Source of the DNA: Eledone cirrhosa
Lineage: Eukaryota
DNA length: 64,000 nt
Direction of reading: 5' to 3'
Assembly (NCBI GenBank): GCA_964016885.1
Contig: OZ024740.1
Span: 3,968,001 to 4,032,000 of the forward strand
The position numbers and the translations under genes were made by a program. Shown here piece by piece: positions 10,786 through 21,000 of the stretch (positions within the stretch are counted from its first letter, which is position 1; each line of letters begins with the position of its first letter). A model generated the notes under the pieces. It was given only the letters and a program-made list of their open reading frames with translations. It was not told the DNA's origin and did no database searches.

Positions 10786-11430
10786 TTTCTTTATTAGCCA
10801 CAAGGGCACAAAAGAAGGGGACAAATACAAATGGGGAGTTTACATACAGGTATATGAAAATAAAACTATTAATAAAATAACAAATAACAATTGATATCCC
10901 CAATAGGGGGGGAGGTGTTACACAGGGGTTGTACACACCCCGAAAAAATGTACAATCCTCATCTCCAGGAGCACCCAGAGTGAGTACCCCTTCCTCTCTT
11001 CCTCTTTTTCTTCAACCTACAAGCTTATATAGAGAGAAGGCCCAACCACACGGGCCATCTTTTCCACATTCACCCACCTTTTATAAAATTTGCTGGGGTA
11101 CAGCACCTCTCTCTCCATCCTGATTCTTCTTCCAAAATGATATTTGAAAAAACGAATCAGTTGCTTGCCGGAGAGAAAGGTGTCTGACCTCAGCCCTTTT
11201 AACCTCGTCCACCATATAACCTCTTTCACCATAGCCATAACACATAGGAAAACCGCCTCTCCCTCGTTTTTGAAGGAGGGTGGCGGTTTGATCATGACAA
11301 TGGACTCGGTGGTCAACTGGATTGGTCCCACCCACGACAATAGTCGTTCTACATAGCCCCACAGGTCGGTAACGCTCAGGCAGTGTACAAATGCGTGCGT
11401 GACGGTTTCCTTGTCACGCACGCATCTCGG
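10786..11430 (-). mobile_element. Tx1 copy 2 (5'-truncated, ~645 bp, variant 3' UTR)
   Basis: Peptide 11017-11421 nearly identical to the copy 1 C-terminus; same AATAAAGAAA end; (GATA)n at both junctions. Confidence 0.92.
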
Positions 11431-11455
11431 ATAGATAGATAGATAGATAGATAGC

Positions 11456-11505
11456 TGTCTAACACATGCTAGCGTGGAAGATAGACGTTAAACAATGATG
11501 ATGAT
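11456..11505 (+). mobile_element. Short SINE/RTE-like 3' tail fragment ending in (GAT)n
   Basis: tgtctaacacatgctagcgtggaagatagacgttaaacaatgatgatgat resembles a common mollusc SINE tail (recalled). Confidence 0.45.
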
Positions 11506-11532
11506 AGAGAAGTAGGTAGATATATAGATATG

Positions 11533-12423
11533 TTTCTTTATTAGCCACAGGTGACCAAAAGAAGGGGACAAATACAAAGGGGGAAGTTTACATACAATAA
11601 AAACATGTAAAATACTATCACAAATACAATTTAAAAGTTAATCGATTTTCCCCAAATAGGGGGAGACATTTCATATGGGTAACACATACCTCCGAAAAAA
11701 ATGTACAACCCTCATCTCCAGGAGTACGAAGAGTTTGTACCCCTTTCCTCTCTTCCTCTTTTTCCTCAACCTACAGGCTGATATAGAGAGAAGGCCCATT
11801 CACTCGGACCATTCTCGCCACTTTCACCCACCTTTCATAAAACTTGCTGGGGTACAGCACCTCTCTCTCCATCCTGATTCTTCTTCCAAAGTGGTATTTG
11901 AAAAGAAGAATCAGTTGTTGGCCGGAGAGAAAGGTGTCTGACCTCAGCCCTTTCAACCTCGTCCACCGTACAACCTCTTTCGCCATAGCTATCACACAAA
12001 GGAAAACCGCCTCTCCTTCGTTTTTGAAGGAGGGTGGCGGTTTGATCATGACAATGGACTCGGTGGTCAACCGGATTGGTCCCACCCGCGACAATAGTCG
12101 TTCTACATAGCCCCACAGGTCGGTAACACTCGGGCAGTGTATGAATGTGTGCACAACGGTTTCTTCATCTCGCACGCACCTCGGACAGATCTTTTTTGCA
12201 GGGACCCTGCCCGGGCGGCCATGGCTGTAGAGCTTGTCTTGAACTGGTAGAGCTCTTCGGTAGCACTGCCAGGCCAGGGACTTTTGGAAGTTGTCCATCG
12301 GTCCCGGGCAGAAGGTCCTACCGAACAGACTGGCCAGTTCATCTTCCTCTATGCCTAGAGTTTCACCGAGAGTCCGAGAGTGTCGTCGCACTTGCTGCGG
12401 ACCAACCCTCTATAGAATGTCGA
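11533..12423 (-). mobile_element. Tx1 copy 3 (5'-truncated, ~890 bp)
   Basis: Colinear with 8341-9222; carries an 8-bp duplication (ccgagagt x2, ~12366-12381) causing a frameshift; GATA-type repeats at both ends. Confidence 0.92.
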
Positions 12424-12569
12424 TAGATAAATAGATGGATAGATAGATAGACATTCTGATAGAGAGATAGACAGATATATAGACAGGTAGATAGAGAGAG
12501 AGAGAGACAGGTAGATATAGAGAGAGAGAGACAGGTAGACAGAGAGAGAGAGAGAGACAGGTAGATAAC

Positions 12570-12625
12570 TTTCTTTTTATTTGCCACCAGGGCATCAAAA
12601 GTGGGACAAGTACAAAGGGGGGAGT
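12570..12625 (-). mobile_element. Tx1 copy 4, 3'-terminal ~55-bp relic
   Basis: tttctttttatttgccaccagggcatcaaaagtgggacaagtacaaagggggga matches the copy 1 terminus tttctttattagccacaggggcacaaaagaaggggacaaatacaaaggggga. Confidence 0.8.
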
Positions 12626-14071
12626 AACAACTGATGGAGGTAGTTTGTTCCATGGAGGTTTTAAAGGATGCAGTGTCTCGGCAGCTAATAACTGATGCAG
12701 GGAGTTTGTTCCATGGAGGTTTTAAAGGATACAGTGTCTCAACAGCTGACAACTGATGTAGGTAGTTTGTTCCATGGAGGTTTTAAAATATGTAGTGTCT
12801 CGACAGCTATCAACTGATGCAAGTAGTTTGCTCCATGGAGGTTTTAAAGGATGCAGTGTCTCGACAGCTAACAACTGATGCAGGGAGTTTGTTCCATGGA
12901 GGTTTTAAAGGATGCAGTGTCTCGACAGCTATCAACTGATGTAGGTAGTGTGTTCCATGGAGGTTTTAAAGGATGCAGTGTCTCGACAGCTAACAACTGA
13001 TGCAGTTAGTTTGTTCCATGGAGGTTTTAAAGGATGCAGTGTCTCGGCAGTTAATAACTGATGCAGGGAGTTTGTTCCATGGAAGTTTTAAAGGATGCAG
13101 TGTCTCGGCAGCTAACAACTGATGCAGGGAGTTTGTTCCATGGAGGTTTTAAAAGATGCAGTGTATCGACAGCTGACAACTGATGTAGGTAGTGTGTTCC
13201 ATGGAGGTTTTAAAGGATGCAGTGTCTCGACAGCTAACAACTGATGCAGGGAGTTTGTTCCATGGAGGTTTTAAAGGATGCAGTGTCTCGACAGCTATCA
13301 ACTGATACAGATAGTTTGTTCCATGGAGGTTTTAAAGGATGCAGTGTCTCGACAGCTAACAACTGATGTAGGTAGTTTGTTCCATGGAGGTTTTAAAGGA
13401 TGCAGTGTCTCGACAGCTGACAACTGATGTAGGTAGTTTGTTCCATGGAGGTTTTAAAGGATGCAGTATCTCGACAGCTATCAACTGATCCAGGTAGTTT
13501 GTTCCATGAAGGTTTTAAAGGATGCAGTGTCTCGACAGCTAACAACTGATGCAGGGAGTTTGTTCCATGGAGGTTTTAAAGGATGCAGTGTCTCGACAAC
13601 TGACAACTGATGCAGGTAGTTTGTTCCATGGAGGTTTTAAAGGATGCAGTGTCTCGACAGCTGACAACTGATGCAGGGAGTTTGTTCCATGGAGGTTTTA
13701 AAGGATGCAGTGTCTTGACAGCTAACAACTGATGCAGGTAGTTTGTTCCATGGAGGTTTTAAAGGATCAGTGTCTCGGCAGCTGACAACTGATGTAGGTA
13801 GTGTGTTCCATGGAGGTTTTAAAGGATGCAGTGTCTCAACAGCTAACAACTGATGCAGGGAGTTTGTTCCATGGAGCTTTTAAAGGATGCAGTGTCTCGA
13901 CAGCTAACAACTGATGCAGGTAGTTTGTTCCATGGAGGTTTTAAAGGATGCAGTGTCATGACAGCTAACAACTGATGCAGGTAGTTTGTTCCATGGAGGT
14001 TTTAAAGGATGCAGTGTCTCGACAGCTAACAACTGATGCAGGCAGTTTGTTCCAATCTTCAGCAACTCTGA
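12626..14071. repeat. 61-bp tandem satellite (~23 copies) derived from the CR1 ORF2 3' end
   Basis: Unit catggaggttttaaaggatgcagtgtctcgacagctaacaactgatgcagg[g/t]agtttgttc; period 61 (12651, 12712, 12773); matches 5298-5358. Confidence 0.96.
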
Positions 14072-14142
14072 AGCTGGTGTATGGAGAATAACTTAAAGGT
14101 ACTTATATAGAATTATGATGGAAAGATTTTAGATAAATATTA

Positions 14143-14415
14143 CTTATAGGTAAGTTATAGGCAAGTTATAGGTAAGTTATAGGTAAGTTATAGGTCAGTT
14201 ATAGATAAGTTATAGGTAAGTTATAGAAAGTTATAGATAAGTTATAGGTAACTTATATGTAAGTTATAGGTAAGTTATAGAAAGTTATAGAAAGTTATAG
14301 ATAAGTTATAGGTAAGTTATAGGTAACTTATATGTAAGTTATAGGTAAGTTATAGGTAAGTTATAGATAAGTTATAGGTAACTTATAGGTAACTTATAGG
14401 TAAGTTATAGGTAAG
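14143..14415. repeat. 11-bp minisatellite (taggtaagtta)n
   Basis: Directly visible, ~25 copies with variants. Confidence 0.94.
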
Positions 14416-14476
14416 CTGAGAGTAGAGAGTGGAAAGAGAGAAAGAAGAAATGAGACAATAAAGAAAGCATAAAGAC

Positions 14477-14588
14477 AGGTAAGGTGAAGTAAGGTGAGGT
14501 AGTGAAGGACATGAGAGGGGAGAGGTAAGGTGAAGTAAGGTGAGGTAGTGAAGGACATGAGAGGGGAGAGGTAAGGTGAGGTAAGGTG
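14477..14588. repeat. ~46-bp tandem duplication (aggtaaggtgaagtaaggtgaggtagtgaaggacatgagaggggag), ~2.4 copies
   Basis: Directly visible. Confidence 0.88.
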
Positions 14589-14722
14589 TCTAGTTTTAAA
14601 ACAATACACAACCTTCTTTACTTTTGGATTAAAGGAAATTAGACGAAAGATGAAAACTGCTAGAAGTGTGTTCAGAAGTGACGGCCATTTGTTATGTGGG
14701 AGAGGGATTAAAAGTGCATATA

Positions 14723-14957
14723 ACACACAGAAACACACACACACATACAGACACACACACATACACACACACACACACACTCACTCACAAACACACATAC
14801 ACACACACAGACACACACTCACACAAAAACTCACACACACACACACACACTCACACACATACACACACCCACACTCACACACACCCACACACACACACAC
14901 TCAAACACACACACACATAGACACACTCACACACACAGACACACACTCACATACACA
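14723..14957. repeat. Imperfect (CA)n microsatellite
   Basis: Directly visible. Confidence 0.95.
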
Positions 14958-15060
14958 TGGACTATAAGCCATCTCTTGCAATCACTGAAGTTTTTATGTG
15001 TTCATGTAGCCAAGAGCAGACAACCTCTTGACCTGTAGAAAATTAGCTCAGTGACAGAGG

Positions 15061-18000
15061 GAGAGATTGAGGGCTGCACCAGCCACACTGTGGTACTGGG
15101 TCTGAGAGATTGAGGACTGCACCAGCCACACTGTGGTACTGGGTCTGAGAGATTGAGGACTGCACCATCCACACTGTGGCACTGGGTCTGAGAGATTGAG
15201 GACTGCACCATCCACACTGTGGTACTGGGTCTGAGAGATTGAGGGCTGCACCATCCACACTGTGGCACTGGGTCTGAGAGATTGAGGACTGCACCATCCA
15301 CACTGTGGCACTGGGTCTGAGAGATTGAGGACTGCACCACCCACACTGTGGTACTGGGTCTGAGAGATTGAGGACTGCACCATCCACACTGTGGCACTGG
15401 GTCTGAGAGATTGAGGACTGCAGTATCCACACTGTGGTACTGGGTCTGAGAGATTGAGGACTGCACCATCCACACTGTGGCACTGGGTCTGAGAGATTGA
15501 GGACTGCACCATCCACACTGTGGCACTGGGTCTGAGAGATTGAGGACTGCAGTATCCACACTGTGGTACTGGGTCTGAGAGATTGAGGACTGCAGTATCC
15601 ACACTGTGGTACTGGGTCTGAGAGATTGAGGACTGCACCAGCCACACTGTGGCACTGGGTCTGAGAGATTGAGGACTGCACCAGCCACACTGTGGCACTG
15701 GGTCTGAGAGATTGAGGGCTGCACCTCCCACACTGTGGCACTGGGTCTGAGAGATTGAGGACTGCACCAGCCACACTGTGGCACTGGGTCTGAGAGATTG
15801 AGGACTGCACCATCCACACTGTGGTACTGGGTCTGAGAGATTGAGGACTGCACCACCCACACTGTGGCACTGGGTCTGAGAGATTGAGGACTGCACCAGC
15901 CACACTGTGGCACTGGGTCTGAGAGATTGAGGGCTGCACCTTCCACACTGTGGCACTGGGTCTGAGAGATTGAGGGCTGCACCATCCACACTGTGGCACT
16001 GGGTCTGAGAGATTGAGGACTGCACCATCCACACTGTGGCACTGGGTTTGAGAGATTGAGGACTGCACCAGCCACACTGTGGCACTGGGTCTGAGAGATT
16101 GAGGGCTGCACCATCCACACTGTGGCACTGGGTCTGAGAGATTGAGGACTGCACCATCCACACTGTGGCACTGGGTCTGAGAGATTGAGGGCAGCACCAT
16201 CCACACTGTGGCACTGGGTCTGAGAGATTGAGGGCTGCACCATCCACACTGTGGCACTGGGTCTGAGAGATTGAGGGCAGCACCAGCCCCACTATGGTAC
16301 TGGGTCTGAGAGATTGAGGGCTGCACCAGCCCCACTATGGCACTCGGTCTGAGAGATTGAGGGCTGCACCATCCACACTGTGGCACTGGGTCTGAGAGAT
16401 TGAGGGCAGCACCATCCCCACTATGGTACTGGGTTGAGAGATTGAGGGCTGCACCAGACCCACTATGGCACTGGGTCTGAGAGATTGAGGGCTGCACCAT
16501 CCACACTGTGGCACTGGGTCTGAGAGATTGAGGGCAGCACCAGCCCCACTATGGCACTGGGTCTGAGAGATTGAGGGCTGCACCATCCACACTGTGGCAC
16601 TGGGTCTGAGAGATTGAGGGCTGCACCATCCACACTGTGGTACTGGGTCTGAGAGATTGAGGGCAGCACCAGCCCTACTATGGCACTGGGTCTGAGAGAT
16701 TGAGGGCTGCACCATCCACACTGTGGTACTGGGTCTGAGAGATTGAGGGCAGCACCAGCCCCACTATGGCACTGGGTCTGAGATATTGAGGCCTGCACCA
16801 TCCACACTGTGGCACTGGGTCTGAGAGATTGAGGGCTGCACCATCCACACTGTGGTACTGGGTCTGAGAGATTGAGGGCAGCACCAGCCCTACTATGGCA
16901 CTGGGTCTGAGAGATTGAGGGCTGCACCACCCACACTGTGGCACTGGGTCTGAGAGATTGAGGGCAGCACCAACCACACTGTGGAAATGGGTCTGAGAGA
17001 TTGAGGGCTGCACCAGCCACACTATGGCACTGGGTCTGAGAGATTGAGGGCTGCACCATCCACACTATGGCACTGGGTCTGAGAGATTGAGGGCTGCACC
17101 ATCCACACTATGGCACTGGGTCTGAGAGATTGAGGGCAGCACCATCCCCACTATGGCACTGGGTCTGAGATTTTGAGGCCTGCACCATCCACACTGTGGC
17201 ACTGGGTCTGAGAGATTGAGGGCTGCACCATCCACACTGTGGTACTGGGTCTGAGAGATTGAGGGCAGCACCAGCCCTACTATGGCACTGGGTCTGAGAG
17301 ATTGAGGGCTGCACCATCCACACTATGGCACTGGGTCTGAGAGATTGAGGGCAGCACCAACCACACTGTGGCACTGGGTCTGAGAGAGTGAGGGTACACC
17401 AGCCACACTGTGGTACTGGGTCTGAGAGAGTGAGGGCAGCACCATACACACTGTGGCACTGGGTCTGAGAGAGTGAGGGCAGCACGAGCCACACTGTGGT
17501 ACTGGGTCTGAGAGATTGAGGGCAGCACCATCCACACTATGGCACTGGGTCTGAGAGATTGAGGGCTGCACCATCCACACTGTGGCACTGGGTCTGAGAG
17601 ATTGAGGGCTGCACCAGCCCCACTGTGGTCCTGGGTCTGAGAGATTGAGGGCAGCACCATCCCCACTGTGGTACTGGGTCTGAGAGATTGAGGGTAGCAC
17701 CATCCACACTGTGGTACTGGGTCTAAAAGATTGAGGACTGCACCATCCACACTGTGGTACTGGGTCTGATAGATTGAGGACTGCACATCCACACTGTGGG
17801 ACTGGGTCTGAGAGATTGAGGACTGCACCTCCACACTGTGGTACTGGGTCTGAGAGATTGAGGGTAGCACCATCCACACTGTGGTACTGGGTCTGATAGA
17901 TTGAGGACTGCACCATCCACACTGTGGTACTGGGTCTGAGAGATTGAGGGTAGCACCATCCACATTGTGGTACTGGGTCTGAAAGATTGAGGACTGCAAC

Positions 18001-21000
18001 ATCCACACTGCGGTACTGGGTCTGAGAGATTGAGGACTGCACCAGCCACACTGTGGTACTGGGTCTGAAAGATTGAGGACTGCACCATCCACACTGTGGT
18101 ACTGGGTCTGAGAGATTGAGGGTAGCACCATCCACACTGTGGTACTGGGTCTGAGAGATTGAGGACTGCACCTCCACACTGTGGTACTGGGTCTGAGAGA
18201 TTGAGGGTAGCACCATCCACACTGTGGTACTGGGTCTGAAAGATTGAGGACTGCAACATCCACACTGTGGCACTTGGTCTGAGAGATTGAGGACTGCACC
18301 ATCCACACTATGGCACTGGGTCTGAGAGATTGAGGGCTGCACCATCCACACTATGGCACTGGGTCTGAGAGATTGAGGGCTGCACCATCCACACTGTGGC
18401 ACTGGGTCTGAGAGATTGAGGGCAGCACCAGCCCCACTATGGCACTGGGTCTGAGAGATTGAGGCCTGCACCATCCACACTGTGGCACTGGGTCTGAGAG
18501 ATTGAGGGCTGCACCATCCACACTGTGGTACTGGGTCTGAGAGATTGAGGGCAGCACCAGCCCTACTATGGCACTGGGTCTGAGAGATTGAGGGCAGCAC
18601 CAACAACACTGTGGAAATGGGTTTGAGAGATTGAGGGCTGCACCAGCCACACTATGGCACTGGGTCTGAGAGATTGAGGGCTGCACCATCCACACTATGG
18701 CACAGGGTCTGAGAGATTGAGGGCTGCACCATCCACACTATGGCACTGGTTCTGAGAGATTGAGGGCAGCACCAACCACACTGTGGCACTGGGTCTGAGA
18801 GAGTGAGGGCAGCACCAGCCACACTGTGGTACTGGGTCTGAGAGAGTGAGGGCAGCACCATACACACTGTGGCACTGGGTCTGAGAGAGTGAGGGCAGCA
18901 CGAGCCACACTATGGCACTGGGTCTGAGAGATTGAGGGCAGCACCATCCACACTATGGCACTGGGTCTGAGAGATTGAGGGCTGCACCATCCACACTGTG
19001 GCACTGGGTCTGAGAGTGTGAGGGCAGCACCATCCACACTATGGCACTGTGTCTGAGAGATTGAGGACTGCAGTATCCACACTGTGGTACTGGGTCTGAG
19101 AGATTGAGGGCTGCACCAGCCCCACTGTGGCCCTGGGTCTGAGTGATTGAGGGCAGCACCATCCCCACTGTGGCACTGGGTCTGAGAGATTGAGGGTAGC
19201 ACCATCCACACTGTGGTACTGTGTCTGAGAGATTGAGGACTGCACCTCCACACTGTGGGACTGGGTCTGAGAGATTGAGGACTGCACCATCCACACTGTG
19301 GTACTGGGTCTGAAAGATTGAGGACTGCAACCACCACACTGTGGCACTGGGTCTGAGAGATTGAGGGCAGCACCATCCACACTGTGGCACTTGGTCTGAG
19401 AGATTGAGGACTGCACCATCCACACTGTGGCACTGGGTCTGAGAGATTGAGGGCAGCACCATCCACACTGTGGTACTGGGTCTGAGAGATTGAGGGCAGC
19501 ACCATCCACACTATGGTACTGGGTCTGAGAGATTGAGGACTGCACCAGCCACACTGTGACACTGGGTCTGAGAGATTGAGGACTGCACCATCCACACTGA
19601 GGTACTGGGTCTGACAGATTGAGGGCAGCACCATCCACACTGTGGCACTGGGTCTGAGAGATTGAGGACTGCAGTAACCACAAGGTGGCATTGGGTCTGA
19701 GAGATTGATGGCTGCAGTACCCACACTGTGGCACTGGGTCTGAGAGATTGAGGACTGCAGTATCCACACTGTAGTACTGGGTCTGAGAGATTGAGGGCTG
19801 CACCATCCACACTGTGGCACTGGGTCTGAGAGATTGAGGACTGCACCATCCACACTGTGGTACTGGGTCTGAGAGATTGAGGACTGCACCATCCACACTG
19901 TGGCACTGGGTCTGAGAGATTGAGGACTGCGCCATCCACACTGTGGTACTGGGTCTGAGAGATTGAGGACTGCACTATCCACACTGTGGCACTGGGTCTG
20001 AGAGATTGAGGACTGCACCATCCACACTGTGGCACTGGGTCTGAGAGATTGAGGACTGCACCAGCCACACTGTGGGACTGGGTCTGAGAGATTGAGGACT
20101 GCACCAGCCACACTGTGGCACTGGGTCTGAGAGATTGAGGACGGCAGTACCCACACTGTGGTACTGGGTCTGAGAGATTGAGGACTGCACCATCCACACT
20201 GTGGCACTGGGTCTGAGAGATTGAGGACTGCACCATCCACACTGTGCCACTGGGTCTGAGAGATTGAGGGCTGCACCATCCACACTGTGGCACTGGGTCT
20301 GAGAGATTGAGGACTGCACCATCCACACTGTGGCACTGGGTCTGAGAGATTGAGGACTGCAGTACCCACACTGTGGCACTGGGTCTGAGAGATTGAGGAC
20401 TGCACCATCCACACTGTGGCACTGGGTCTGAGAGATTGAGGGCTGCACCATCCACACTGTGGTACTGGGTCTGAGAGAGTGAGGGCAGCACCAGCCACAC
20501 TGTGGTACTGAGTCTGAGAGATTGAGGGCTGCACCATCCACACTGTGGTACTGGGTCTGAGAGATTGAGGGCAGCACCATCCACACTGTGGTACTGGGTC
20601 TGAGAGATTGAGGACTGCAGTAACCACACTGTGGTACTGGGTCTGAGAGATTGAGGACTGCACCATCCACACTGTGGTACTGGGTCTGAGAGATTGAGGA
20701 CTGCACCATCCACACTGTGGTACTGGGTCTGAGAGATTGAGGATTGCACCATCCACACTGTGGCACTGGGTCTGAGAGATTGAGGGCTGCACCATCCACA
20801 CTGTGGAACTGGGTCTGAGAGATTGAGGACTGCAGTAACCACACTGTGGCACTGGGTCTGAGAGATTGAGGACTGCACCATCCACACTGTGGAACTGGGT
20901 CTGAGAGATTGAGGACTGCAGTAACCACACTGTGGCACTGGGTCTGAGAGATTGAGGACTGCACCAGCCACACTGTGGCACTGGGTCTGAGAGATTGAGG

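Noticed and set aside
10741-10830. N-terminal extension making the Tx1 ORF a 750-aa chimeric gene
   Set aside because: It starts at TTG in the copy 2 3' UTR and reads through (TATC)n; chance openness of a microsatellite.
8482-12426. Many short overlapping ORFs on both strands in the Tx1 region
   Set aside because: Alternative-frame and antisense shadows of GC-rich Tx1 coding sequence, repeated because the element is repeated.
12626-14071. CRISPR-like periodicity (~61 bp)
   Set aside because: The whole unit repeats with no unique spacers, no cas genes are present, and the unit derives from CR1.
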